In this document: piece by piece, positions 25,193 to 37,304 of the stretch
Layout of the letters: each line of letters opens with the position of its first letter
Position numbering within the stretch: position 1 is the first letter of the stretch
From: Centroscyllium fabricii
Lineage: Eukaryota
Direction of reading: 5' to 3'
Assembly: GCA_051313645.2 (NCBI GenBank)
Contig: JBNRSN020000014.1
Span: 122,264,001-122,328,000 of the forward strand
DNA: 64,000 nucleotides
Made by a program: the position numbers and the translations under genes
Notes under the pieces: generated by a model
Told to the model about the DNA's origin: nothing
What the model saw: only the letters and a program-made list of their open reading frames with translations
Database searches by the model: none

Positions 25193-26950
25193 CAGGTACA
25201 CAACCCTTTATCCGAAAACCTCGGGACCGGGCGGGTCTCGGTTTTCAGATAATTTTTGTTTTTAGAGTTGGCCCAGTGCGCATGCGCAGATCGCATGCGC
25301 ATTGCTGTGTTTGCGGCCCAGTTCGCAGTCGGGAACGGCATATCTGCTGTTTGGAATGGGAGATCTGTCACTGGCGAAGGCAGCTGTCCCTACCTGCTTC
25401 AAGACCGCCACCATCATCCCTGTGCCCAAGAAAACGGCCGTGACGTGCCTGAACGACTACCGCCCTGCCGCACTTACACCCATAATCATGAAGTGTTTCG
25501 AGCGGCTGGTCCTGGCCCACATCAAAGCCAGCGTCCCCGCCGCCCTGGACAAATACCAGTTCGCCTATCGAGGAAACAGATCAATGGAAGATGCTATCAC
25601 TACGGCTCTTCACTCTGCACTAAACCACCTGGATAGCAAAGATACGTATAACAGAATGCTGTTTATTGACTACAGCTCAGCATTCAACACCATCGTCCCC
25701 AGTAAGTTGTCCCCAGCAACACCTCACCCTCGGCCTGAACACCTCCCTCTGCAACTGGACCCTGGACTTCCTAACGAACAGACCACAGTCTGTGAAGTTA
25801 GGCAACCTCACCTTCCCCCCCCATTCCCTGAGCACGGGGGCCCCACAAGGCTGTGTGCTGAGCCCCCTCCTCTACTCCCTCTTCACTCACGACTGTGCGG
25901 CTGTCCATGTCTCCAACATGATCATCAAGTTTGCGGACGACACCACGGTGGTTGGCCAGATCACCAACAACGATGAGTCAGCCTACAGGGATGAGAGCCA
26001 GCGCCTTGTAGGATGGTGTGCCGATAACAACCTGGCACTGAACACCAAGAAAACTAAGGAGATCATTGTGGACTTCCGGAGGACTGAAAGCAGAAGACAC
26101 CCCCCCATCTTCATCCAAGGGGCTGAGGTGGAAAGGGTGTCCAGCTTCAAGTTCCTCGGGGTCCACATCTCGGAAGACCTCTCCTGGTCACTAAACACCT
26201 CCTCTCTGGTTAAGAAGGCCCAACAGCGCCTGTACTTCCTAAGGAAGCTGAAAAAAGCCAAGCTGTCATCTGGCATCCTCTCCAACTTCTACCGCTGCAC
26301 AATCGAAAGCATACTGACAAGTTGCATCACAGTCTGGTATGGAAATTGCACCAGCTCGAAGGCCCTGCAGCGGGTAGTCAAAACTGCCCAACGCATCACC
26401 GGCACCCAGCTACTGTCAATTGAAAGCATCTACCTCAAACGCTGCCTACGGAGGTCTCTGAACATTATTAAAGACCCCACACACCCCAGCCACAGTCTGT
26501 TCGCCCCCCTGCCCTCCGGGAGACGCAACAGATCAATTCGCACCCGCACGACTAGATTTAAGGACAGCTTCTTCCCCAGGGCTGTCAGCCTCCTGAACTC
26601 TAAAAATAAACTCCGGTACCTGCACACCTGATAATGTACTTTACCGTATGCAATTGCATGTAAATTATTTGCACTACTCTCGGGAGCGGCGAGTCTTCGT
26701 CTCGTTGTATTGTACTAGTACTCTGCAATGACAATAAAACTTGAATTGAATTGAATTGAGATCGGCCGTTTTGTTTCCTCAGCACGGCATCAACAGCACG
26801 ACATCAAGGTAAAAACATATTTTTTCTGCTGTAGCAGGTCACTTCCTTCAATTTATTTAAGAAAAAAAATGGTTATTTTGGCGCAACTCGGGATTTCGGT
26901 TTTTGGAGCTTTTCGGTTTTTGGAGTTGCGGATAAGGGGTTGTGTACCTG
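25193..26950. mobile_element. Tc1/mariner-pogo type MITE interrupted by a Rex1 LINE
   Basis: TIR CAGGTACACAACCC.TTATCCG at both ends, flanked by TA (25191-25192, 26951-26952). Confidence 0.85.
25366..26759 (+). mobile_element. 5'-truncated Rex1/Babar non-LTR retrotransposon (RT domain, one frameshift near 25715)
   Basis: Motifs [43 protein letters not shown] and FKFLG. Tail CAATGACAATAAA(TTGAA)n. Possible TSD GAGATC. Confidence 0.88.
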
Positions 26951-27389
26951 TATAGGAATATGGGGTCAAGAGATCTAATAATAAAATGATTGCCTCGCGT
27001 ACCAGTTGCAGCTCAATAATTAAATTTGTTGAGTTGCGTTATTCACTGTGTGAAGCTACAACAAGGAGCTTTATTTTCGTAGAAGCTTTTCAACCCGTTG
27101 TATAACAAAATATACTTTTTTTCTCGCCACCTCCCCCGTAAGCGACCTCGAAAACTCATTTCAATCAGATGCGACTAGTATTGTAAAGTAGAATGAGAGA
27201 AAAGCACAGCACTGGAGAACATTCTTAATTGAAAATATTATGGGACAAAGGGGAAGCTAGATAAGTACATGAGGGAGAAAGGAATAGAGGGATATGCAGA
27301 TCGGGTGAGATGACGTAGGGTCATGTGGAGCATAAACACCGGCATCGGACAGTTGGGCCGAATGGCTTGTTTCTGTGCTGTAAATACAA

Positions 27390-28127
27390 GGGGGGCTAAA
27401 TTGGCGCCTTAGTGCCGGCCCGTTGGGCGCTAATTGGGCAGCGCCGAATTAGCACTAAAAATAGCGCCCAGCGCTAAATTCAGCTGGGCGCTAAGTTGGG
27501 GGCTAACTGGTAGCGCCCCAACTAATTTAGCGCCCAGCTGGATGTCGGGAATGATGTCATCAGGCCGCACAGCGCCTGGGAGGCGCCCATGGCTGAAATT
27601 GGGCAGCGCCTGCCATTTTGCCCCTGGGCGCCTCCCGCGCCAGCTATCTGCAGCCCTAACAACAGCGCTCGAGCGCTGCTTAAAGGGAAGTGTGGCGGTC
27701 AGCCATTTTTATTGCTGGCCGACCACCAGCACCTTCCCCCGCTGCTCCCCCGGCAGGGTGAGGCCTCCGTCAGCTGAGCCCGGCACTTCCCTCCAGTGCC
27801 GGGCTCGCTCTCCGGCTCCTGCTCCCACGGCGGCCCCGCGGGGCTCCGGCCGCAGCTGCACTAGGCCCCTCCCCTTTAATGGGGGAGGAAGGCCTGCCGT
27901 TCCGCGGGCCGCCGCTGCGGCCTCAGTCGCGCAGTGCGATGCCCAAGCCCCAGCATTCGGCCGCCTCACACTAAGAGTGAAGCGGCCCGTCCGATTCTAC
28001 GCTTGCCCACCCGTAATGGGCGAGGCGGCCAATGTTGGCATTTTTAGTGCCAGCTCATCGCTGACGCTGAAAATAGCGCATCGCCCGGGTCAGCGCCACA
28101 AAACGTGGGCTGACCAATTTCTCCCCC
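27390..28127. mobile_element. GC-rich non-autonomous DNA transposon, PIF/Harbinger-like
   Basis: Imperfect TIRs GGGGCTAAATTGG / CCAATTTCTCCCC, many subterminal GCGCCC/GGGCGC motifs and a possible CAA duplication. Confidence 0.55.
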
Positions 28128-28654
28128 AATGAACATTAAGTAAGTCTTGCTGCAGAAATTGAGCCGCAGTTGTTGAAGGGTTAATCAGTTTAAAAATCTG
28201 CTTTTTTACTTCTAATTCACAGAAAAACTGACATTGCTAAAACCGCCACAAAAGGATGGAGCTGCTTGACTGCTCAAGAACTTTTGTTTTTAACATTACC
28301 ATCTCCTGAGAGAATTTCAACATACTGTTCAAATTTACCAATTCGGCTTCTCGCGGGCGATGCTTCTAACCCTTTACCCCCCAGAATCTTCGCTTTCATG
28401 GAAAACAAGACTCTACGAAGGCGAAAGGTTAAAGATTGTACGGTTTCGAGACAAATTCTTTCAAGTGAATGAGATGCCCACGCCAAAAGCTTCGGCCGAG
28501 AGTTGAAAATATCAAAGCAGCATGAACAACAGAACGTAGCACTCTAGGGGGAGAGAGAGAATCTGTCCTTGGCAAGAGCAAAGATGACTTGCAGCATGAA
28601 TCTGCTGCTGATGTTTCCCCATTACGTGTTGAAAGGATGAGACAAAGGCCAGAT

Positions 28655-29412
28655 ATTCTAGCATTTCTATAGCACCTTTCATGACCACGGGACGTCCCAT
28701 CTGCTTTACAGCCAATGAAGTACTTTTTAAAGTGTGGTCACTGTTGTAATGTACTATCTGTGTGGAGTTTGCACATTCTCCCCGTGTCTGCGTGGGTTTC
28801 CTCCGGGTGCTCCGGTTTCCTCCCACAGTCCAAAGATGTGCGGGTTAGGTTGATTGGCCAGGATCAATTGACCCTTAGTGTTAGGGGGATTGAATATGTG
28901 GGGTTGCGGGGATCGGGTGGGATATGTGTCGGTGCAGGCTCGATAGAGATGTGGGGAGGGGGCGGGGCGGGGTGCTGGGTTTGGATGATCAGCCATGATC
29001 TCATTGAATGGCGGAGCAGGCTCGAGGGACCGAATGGCCTACTCCTGCTCCTGTCTTCTATGTTTCTATGTAATGTAGGAAACGTGGCAGCCAATTTGTG
29101 CACTTCAGGCTCCCACAAACAGCAATTGTGTTAAAGGCCAGATAATCTGTTTTCAGTGATGTTGATTGAGGGATAAATATTGGCCCCAGGACATTGGGGA
29201 GAACTCCCCCCTGCTCTTCTTCAAAGTGGTGCCGCGGGATCTTTTACGTTCACCCGAGCAGACGGGGCCTCGGTTTAACGTCTCGTCCGAAAGACGGCAC
29301 CTCCGACAGTGCAGCACCCCCTCAGCACTAGACTGGAGTGTCAGCCCTAGATTATTGTGCTCAGGTCCCTGGACTTGAACCCACAACCTTGACTCAGAGG
29401 CAAGAGTGCTAG
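28655..29412 (-). mobile_element. DeuSINE (SacSINE1/AmnSINE1-like) interrupted by a V-SINE
   Basis: Deu-domain-like GGCCTCGGTTTAACGTCTC..CCGAAAGACGGCACCTCCGACAGTGCAGCAC and L2-type tail. Confidence 0.75.
28753..29070 (+). mobile_element. 5'-truncated V-SINE (HE1-like)
   Basis: V-domain and CR1-type tail, flanked by duplicated TGTAATGTA. Confidence 0.85.
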
Positions 29413-29464
29413 AAATTAAGAAGGAAAATAAGACACAAAAATGACAGTCTACTCATGATGTCTG

Positions 29465-29519
29465 CATGTGATTGCTCACGTCATGTGATTGCTCACGTCA
29501 TGTGATTGCTCACGTCATG
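29465..29519. repeat. 17-bp tandem repeat (CATGTGATTGCTCACGT)x3
   Basis: Three perfect copies plus a partial copy. Confidence 0.9.
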
Positions 29520-29824
29520 CTTGCTTGTGCAGAAATTACTCCCCTTTAGTCTTGATGCACGATCAATTACTGTGAGTCGGAGAAGTAAAGCAATTGAGGC
29601 TTTTATTAACAAAGAACTGGAGTATTACAGTACAGTATTGGTAGTAAACGGTTTACCACAAGTCTTCAAAAAAAAATCTTTCCAATTGCTTCTGGTAACC
29701 CCTTCACGATGATTTAAGTCAGGGAAGGACTGCTGGGTAGTAACAATTGGTGCTCAAGTGGTCAATTCTTCTCCTCCCCTCTCCCTCCTCCCTGCTACCT
29801 GCTAGTTTGTGAATGGGGCACAAC

Positions 29825-29988
29825 CAATGTTCCCTCTAATTTTTATTTTTGGTGCATGGGCCCTTTAATGGGCTGCGTGGCCCATTCAAATCTCGGCGCA
29901 TGTGCAGTTTTTCGATTTAAAGGCCGGCGAGCGGCCTGCGCGGGGCCTCCAGACCGCTGCGTGGCCACGTGGCTTAATGGGAACACTG
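29825..29988. mobile_element. Short hAT-type MITE
   Basis: TIR CAATGTTCCCTCTAA / TTAATGGGAACACTG with a decayed 8-bp TSD (GGCACAAC vs GGTATAAT). Confidence 0.6.
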
Positions 29989-30659
29989 GGTATAATCCCA
30001 CTTACCAGCTCGGAGAAACTGGCACTGGATTCATTCAGTGAATCTGTGAATCTGGCTTGCAATCCCATAAGGATCAGGCTAGTGAAGACTCTGAACTACG
30101 TGCTTTTAAATCTTTTTGTTTAATGTGGTGCTGCGCTTTCATTTTGCCTTGGTGTTACTTGCCATAGTCTCTAAAGTACTGGTTTGTCCAGGCCAGTGAA
30201 ATGATCCGCTATCTTTAAATTGAGAGACGGTTTGGCACCAGGGTGCAAAAGGGATGCAGGCTCACTAAACTGAAGGACTTAGTCATCCATGGCTGGTGGA
30301 TCAATCTGCCAAGAATGGTGAGTCTTTAGACTAAAGAGTCAGCTCCCATGCTCTGGACAGCTTCACTCCGACAGGCTCTCACTGGAGAATGCAAGCAGCA
30401 CAGAGTGGAACCCGCTTCATGTCAGGATGTCAGTTTTAAAGCATTTCCCTTCAACAGTACGATGCGCTGAAATACCGCCACGCTGTAAGATTTCAGTAAC
30501 CGCCCGGCGAATAAGGAATAGCCGCCTCCTTGTAAAGTGAAGCGTTTTGGTTATCCGCCAGTGCTGCAGTACAGGTAAACTGAAGCTGCCACCGTTAACC
30601 TGCAGTTTACACCTCATCAGTATATCGTTCAGCTGTTTCAGATCTCATTACCCAGATGT

Positions 30660-30880
30660 ATAATGACAACTTGCGTTTATATAGCGCCTTTAACATCGTA
30701 AAATGTTCCAAGGCACAGGAGCGATTATCAGACAAAAATTGACACCGAGCCACGTAAGTAGATATTAGGACAGGGAAGGAGGTAGGTTTCAAGGAGCGTC
30801 CTAAAGGAGGAAAGTGAGGTAGAGATGTTTAGGGAGGAAATTCTGGAGCTTAGGGCACGGCTGCCAATGGTGGGGTGGGC
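30660..30880 (-). mobile_element. L2 LINE 3' end remnant (similar pieces at ~9333-9395, 35530-36050, 39505-39752, 41190-42300, 46860-47010)
   Basis: CAACTTGCGTTTATATAGCGCCTTTAAC...GACACCGAGCCAC...GGAGCTTAGGGC recurs across the window. Confidence 0.65.
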
Positions 30881-31139
30881 GAAGGAAATCGCGCATTTCA
30901 GCAAAGTCACCGATCGACCAATGCAATTCTAAAATATAAAGTTAAACTTTAAATATCATTAGTTCAACTATTTTGTAACTAGGTTTAAATTATAATGGAT
31001 TATTTTTTCATTTTAATATCAATGACTCGATAAGTTCCTCCGCCTGTTTTCCAATCCACCTTAAAGGTGCGGTTTGGCTGTAATTTCTCACAATCCATCC
31101 TCCTCCAGCACCTCACTTGAGTGGCCATCCTTCACTTTG

Positions 31140-31474
31140 GGCCACGGTGGCATAGTGATTAGCACTGCTGCCTCACAGCACTGGAGACCCGGGTTCAAAT
31201 CCGGCCTCGGGTGACTATCTGTGTGGAGTTTGCACATTCTCCCCGTGTCTGCGTGGGTTTCCTCCGGGTGCTCCGGTTTCCTCCCACAGTCCAAAGATGT
31301 GCGGGTTAGGTTGATTGGCCAGGATAAATTCACCCTTAGTGTTAGGGGGATTGAATATTTGGGGTTACGGGGATAGGGTGGGATATGTGTCAGTGCAGGC
31401 TCGATAGGGATCGAGGGATATGGGGACAAGGCAGGGACAGGGTACTGTGTTTGGATGATCAGCTATGATCTCAT
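31140..31474 (+). mobile_element. V-SINE 5' part (remainder at 34349-34427), split by a CR1 LINE
   Basis: Full head and V-domain. The tail breaks at GATCTCAT and resumes as TGAATGGCGGAGCAGG after the LINE. Confidence 0.8.
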
Positions 31475-34348
31475 CGGAACAAGGTAGATGAATTATCTGT
31501 AGAAATAGAGGCAAACAAATATGATTTGGTTGCGATTACAGAAACATGGCTGCAGGGTGGACAAGGCTGGGAACTTAACATACCAGGGTATACAATATTT
31601 AGGAAGGATAGGCAAAAAAGAAAGGGAGGTGGGGTGGCATTACTGGTGAGGGAGGGGATTAACTCAATTGAAAGGACTGATATTAAATCTGATGATGCGG
31701 AATCTGTATGGGTAGAACTGAGGAATAGCAAGGGGCGAAAAATGTTGCTGGGAGTGGTATATAGACCGCCAAATAGTAATATGGAGGTTGGGGAAGGCAT
31801 AAAAAGGGAAATTAAAGAAGCGTGCAATAAGGGCACAGCTGTCATCATGGGTGACTTTAATTTACATATAGATTGGACTAGCCAGATTAGTAACAACACG
31901 ATGGAGGAGGAATTTCTGGAGTGTATACGAGATGGTTTCCTGGACCAATATGTCGAGGAACCAACTCGGGATCAGGCCATCTTAGACTGGGTACTGTGCA
32001 ATGAGAAGGGATTGATTGGCAATCTTGTTGTACGAGGCCCATTGGGGCGGAGCGATCATAATATGATCGAATTCTCACTCAGAATGGAGAGGGAAGAAAT
32101 TGACTCGGAGACTAAGGTCCTAAATTTAAGAAAAGGGAACTATGATGGTATGAGACGAAAGTTGGGTACAATTGATTGCGGGGTGTCGCTCAGGGGGCTG
32201 ACGGTGGATCAACAATGGCAGGCATTCAAAGATCGAATGGAAGAAGCGCAGAGCTTGTTTATACCAGTTTGGAATAAAAATAAACCAAAAAAGGTGACTC
32301 AACCGTGGATAACAAGGGAAATTAGGGATAACATAAAAACCAAAGAAAGGGCGTATCAACTGGCCAAAAAAAGCAGCAAACCTGAAGATTGGGAACAATT
32401 CAGGATACAGCAAAGGAGGACAAAGGGATTAATTAAGAAGGGGAAAATAGATTACGAAAGAAGGCTTGCGGCAAACATAAAAACTGACTGCAAAACCTTT
32501 TACAGATACATTAAAAGGAAGAGACTGGTGAAATCCAGAGTTGGGCCCCTGCAGTCCAAATCAGGAGATTATATAATGGGGAACAAGGAAATGGCGGACC
32601 AATTAAATTCATATTTTGGTTCTGTCTTCACAGAGGAGGACACAAATAGCCTCCCGGAGATGTCGGGAAACATAGGGACTAATGAGAGGGAGGAACTGAA
32701 AGAAATCAATATCTCTAAGGATATGGTGTCCGGGAAATTGAAAGGATTAAAGGCCGACAAATCCCCAGGGCCTGATAAGCTGCATCCTAGGGTGCTTAAG
32801 GAAGTGGCCCTGGAGATATCAGATGCTTTGAGGATCATTTTCCAGAACTCAATAGACTCTGGAATGGTGCCCAGGGATTGGAGGGTAGCTAATGTTACCT
32901 CACTATTCAAAAAGGGGGGTAGAGAGAAGGCGGGGAATTATAGACCGGTAAGCCTTACATCGGTTGTGGGCAAAATGCTAGAGTCCATTATTAAGGACGT
33001 AATAGCAGATCACTTGACTAAGAGTGACGGGATCGGACACAGTCAACATGGATTTATAAAAGGTAAATCGTGCTTGACTAATCTATTGGAATTCTTCGAG
33101 GATGTAACCGATAAAATAGATAGGGGAGAGCCAGTAGATGTGGTTTATCTGGACTTCCAGAAAGCCTTTGACAAGGTCCCTCATAGGAGATTGGCAGGCA
33201 AAATTAAGGCTCATGGGATTGGGGGCAAGGTATTGGCGTGGATAGAGAACTGGTTGGCAGATAGAAAACAGAGAGTTGGGATAAACGGGTCGTTTTCTGA
33301 TTGGCGGGCAGTGACTAGTGGGGTACCACAGGGGTCGGTACTGGGACCCCAGCTGTTCACAATATATATTAATGACCTGGATGAGGGAATTGGGTGTAAC
33401 ATCTCCAAATTCGCAGATGACACCTAAGCTTGGAGGGGGAGTATGCTCTGAGGAGGATGTCGGGAAGCTCCAGAGTGACCTGGACAGATTGGGGGATTGG
33501 GCGAACACATGGCAAATGCACTATAATGTGGATAAATGTGAGGTTATCCACTTTGGTAGCAAAAACAGAAAGGCAGAGTATTATTTGAACGGCAATAGAT
33601 TGGGAGATGGGGAAGTGCAAAGAGATCTGGGTGTTCTTGTGCACCAGTCACTGAAGGTGAGCATGCAGGTGCAGCAGGCAGTTAAAAAGGCAAATGGTAT
33701 GTTGGCCTTTATATCAAGAGGGTTTGAGTATAGGAATAGGGATGTCTTGCTGCAGCTGTACAGGGTCTTGGTGAGGCCACACCTTGAGTATTGTGTGCAG
33801 TTTTGGTCGCCGCATCTGAGGAAGGATGTTCTTGCCATGGAGGGAGTACAGCGACGATTCACCAGGCTGATACCTGGGATGGCAGGAATGACTTATGAGG
33901 AGAGATTGTGTAGTCTGGGCTTATACTCGCTGGAGTTTAGAAGATTAAGAGGGGATCTCATCGAGACTTATAAAATTCTGTCAGGCGTGGACAGGTTAGA
34001 TGCAGAAAGGATGTTTCCGATGGCCGGGGAGTCGAGAACCAGGGGGCATAGTCTAAGGATAAGGGGTAAGCCTTGTAGGACTGAGATGAGGAGGAAATTC
34101 TTCACACAGAGAGTGGTGAACCTGTGGAATTCCTTGCCACAGAGGGCGGTGGAGGCCGGTTCATTGAATATATTCAAGAGGGAACTAGATATATTTCTTC
34201 AGGCTAAAGGGATTAAGGGATATGGGGAGAAGGCAGGGACTGGGTACTGAACGTGTAAGATCAGCCATGATCTCGTTGAATGGCGGAGCAGGCTCGAAGG
34301 GCCGAATGGCCTACTCCTGCTCCTATCTTCTATGATTCTATGATTCTA
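31475..34348 (+). mobile_element. 5'-truncated CR1-clade LINE (HER1-like): APE endonuclease + RT ORF2 with a single +1 frameshift near 33425
   Basis: Motifs [45 protein letters not shown], then KLGG..RDLGV..RPHLEYCVQFW to the stop at 34250. 3' UTR ends in (GATTCTAT)n. Confidence 0.93.
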
Positions 34349-34630
34349 TGAATGGCGGAGCAGGCTCGAAGGGCCGAATGGCCTACTCCTGCTCCTATCT
34401 TCTATGTCTATGTCTATGTCTATGTCCACAGGGGCCGTGCTAACCCCATCCCGACCTCACCTGCTGTTCACGACCGCAGTGCTTCCAGCAGGGATCACGG
34501 GAGCCCTTGTAGATTTTCCCCCCTCCGAAAGGTGCTGAGGCTAACTGTAGCACACCTGCCGTAACCCAGCGGAGACCACCTGGCTCAGCACAGATTCTAC
34601 TTCAACCCCAGCTCCTCCGCTTTACTGAAT

Positions 34631-35003
34631 AAACACAGAAACACAGAAGATAGGAGCAGGAGTGGGCCATTCGGCCCTTCGAGCCTGCTCTGCCATTTTG
34701 ATGAGATCATGGCTGATCATCCAAACCCAGCACCCCCCTCCTACCCTCTCCCCATATCCCCCGACACCCCCAACTCTAAGAACTATATCTCACACACATA
34801 CTCATGGGCAATTTTTAGTATCTCCAATTCACCTAACCTGCATGTCTTTGGGTGGTGGGTGGAAACCGGAGTACCCGGAGGAAACCCACACGAACACGGG
34901 GAGAACATGCAAACTCCACGCAGAGAGGTCCCGGGCCAAGCAGGATTCGAACCCAGGAGCTCCTTATTGCGAGGCAGCAGTGCTAACCACTGCGCCACCG
35001 TGT
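34631..35003 (-). mobile_element. V-SINE subfamily B
   Basis: Highly similar to 19265-19642. Confidence 0.8.
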
Positions 35004-35142
35004 CTTCCCTGAGTCTTCACGAAGCCCTAGTCTCAGTTCTCAGAATTATTCCAGGGCTTAAATTCCGCATGCTCTTGTCATCTTTGTAAAACGAGGCCAC
35101 ATATTTTGAATGTGGAAGAGATCGGATTTCTCCCTTCCTCCG

Positions 35143-35260
35143 ATATGTGTGTTCTTTAAGTCAGTCTCTCTGTCCACCTGAGGAAGGAGCAGCGCTCCGA
35201 AAGCTTGTGATTTAAAATAAAACCGTTGGACTATAATCTGGTGTTGTGTGACTTCTTACA
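35143..35260 (+). mobile_element. Penelope-like terminal fragment with hammerhead motif (35174-35210)
   Basis: CAC-CTGAGGA-A-GGAGC-AGC-GCTCC-GAAA-GCTT-GTG. Corresponds to one arm of the 10.1 kb palindrome. Confidence 0.72.
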
Positions 35261-35624
35261 TATTTTGAAGTAATGCAGATCGCGGATAACGGAAACATCT
35301 AAAACAGATCTCTATCTTCAGAAATATTGTACATTTGCAGAGATATATATGTCCTGTAAAAGGAACCAATAGCTTTAATGTTATTTTCAGTGTGTAACCT
35401 GGATGAAGCTTTCACCCAAACCCTCACTATAAGATTTATCACAAAACTCCCACTGCAGCACCCCAGCAAGGAGATAGAGATGTGACTTTTGTAAAGTGTT
35501 TTGCTTGAATCTTGAGCTCTCTCGTATCAACAGCAACTTGCCATAACTTAGTAAAATATCCCAAGACGCTTCACCGGAGCGATTATCAAACACAATTTGA
35601 AACCGAGCCACATATGGAGATAAT

Positions 35625-35902
35625 TAATTCAACTTTATTGTCATTATACAATACAAGGACATGAACAACGAAATGTGATCTTGCAAGCTCCCAAGAGTCC
35701 AGCAAAGCCGCTGCGTCTGTGCGCGCCGCTATTCCATCTTTCCATCATTCCGACAATCTTCAGCCAACCGCCCCTCCCCGGGGCTCCTTTCGTGACCTTC
35801 TGCACCTGGTATTCCCTGGTGGTCACCCATCCAAGTACTAACCAGGCCTGGCTCTGCTTAGCTTCCAAGCCTTGCCAGTGACCCTGTCCCTAGTCCCAGG
35901 AA
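35625..35902 (-). mobile_element. Candidate 5S-derived SINE with Rex1-type body and tail, inserted in an L2 remnant
   Basis: 5S-like segment 35802-35866, then a block shared with 41538-41572, then a Rex1-like tail. Approximate duplication AGATA(A)TT. Confidence 0.6.
35802..35866 (-). pseudogene. 5S rRNA-derived fragment (internal control region)
   Basis: GGAAGCTAAGCAGAGCCAGGCCTGGTTAGTACTTGGATGGGTGACCACCAGGGAATACCAGGTGC resembles roughly nt 47-112 of vertebrate 5S rRNA. Confidence 0.85.
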
Positions 35903-36199
35903 CAGATATTAGGGCAGCTGACTCAAAACCTGTTCAAAGAGGTAGGTTTGAAGCGGAGAGGTTTAGAGAGGGAATTCCAGAGCTTAGGGCCTCGGCAGCT
36001 GAGGGCACGGCCGCCGATGGTGGGGCGCTGAAAATCGGGGATGCTCACCAACCTCATGCAGCATGCGACTTACCGTAGTTTGATCTGGCCTGACGTGATG
36101 TGAAATGGATGGGGGTGAAGCTACACTGTAAGCCCCACAAATAGGTGCTTCAGATCACCTTGTACGATCCGCTACTGAACTTTGGTTACACAGAGGGAA

Positions 36200-36545
36200 G
36201 GAAAGAACTTGCATTTATGTAGCACCCTACACATCCTCAGGACATCCCAAAGCGCTTTTACACCCAATTAATTGCTTTCAAAGTGAAGTCACTGGCATGT
36301 AGGCAAATGTGCCAGCCAACTTGTGTACAGCAAATGAGACACAAGACAAGTTAATCTGCTTTGGTGCTGTTAGTAGAGGGATCAATATTGACCGGGACAC
36401 ATGGGGACATCCATTGCTCTTCTTTGAATGGGATCTTTTACATGCACCCGAACAGGAAGATAGCACTTCAATTTAATGTCTCATTCACAAGGTGGCACCT
36501 CTGATAATGCAGCAACCGCAGTACTGTGTTGTATGGACTGATTAT
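36200..36545 (-). mobile_element. Highly diverged DeuSINE
   Basis: Degenerate match to the copies at 28655 and 55310. Confidence 0.5.
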
Positions 36546-37055
36546 ACTGGAGCCAAAAACACCTCTGAAATGAGTTTTTCCAATGTGCATTATGACCCGC
36601 TACGTCTGCGTTTACTGTTTGCTGTTCACGTAACGGTATAGCTGCAAGTTCCTATTCCAGATTGTTCCTTGATCTGATCCATCATGAAGCACGCCATTGT
36701 GGTGACCTCATTTCCCACCCGCACGTTCATTGCCACATGGATAGTATAACTGATGCATAATTGAAGAAATCTGTCTCTGGTACCGTCCCAGATTCTGGCA
36801 CCAGAGCCAGTATGAGCAAGTCACAAGGAAACACGTAGCCGAAGTAAACTTGGCGATTTACAATAATGCTGGTCAAATGGAACAGATTGTGGCGTTTCCA
36901 TATCGTGCTCATTCGGTTGCATTCCAACTGTATTTCTCTTCATAAAACAAAGTGCCATGCAGCCCATGTCAATGGATGTTATATCGCAGTGAGATCACAT
37001 TCGCTGTGGCTGCCCGGCACAGCACTGTTGAAGAACAGGCAGACTCGGTAACAAT

Positions 37056-37304
37056 ATAGAAACATAGAAACATAGAAACTAGGAGCAGGAGTAGGCCATT
37101 CGGCCCTTCAAGCCTGCTCCGCCATTCAATGAGATCATGGCTGATCATCCAAAACCAGCACCCCGCCCCTGTCCTCCCCCCCATATCCCTATTGAGCCTG
37201 CACCGACACATATCCCACCCTATCCCCGTAACCCCACATATTCAATCCCCCTAACACTAAGGGTCAATTTATCATGGTCAATCAACCTAACCCGCACATC
37301 TTTG
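37056..37304 (-). mobile_element. 5'-truncated V-SINE
   Basis: (AGAAACAT)n tail and body as in other copies. Confidence 0.8.

Noticed and set aside
27434-28132. 232-aa GC-rich ORF or CpG-island promoter
   Set aside because: Lies inside a TIR-bounded element and has no recognisable domain or splice context.
35802-35866. Functional 5S rRNA gene
   Set aside because: The first ~45 nt and the terminator are missing, and there is no tandem array.
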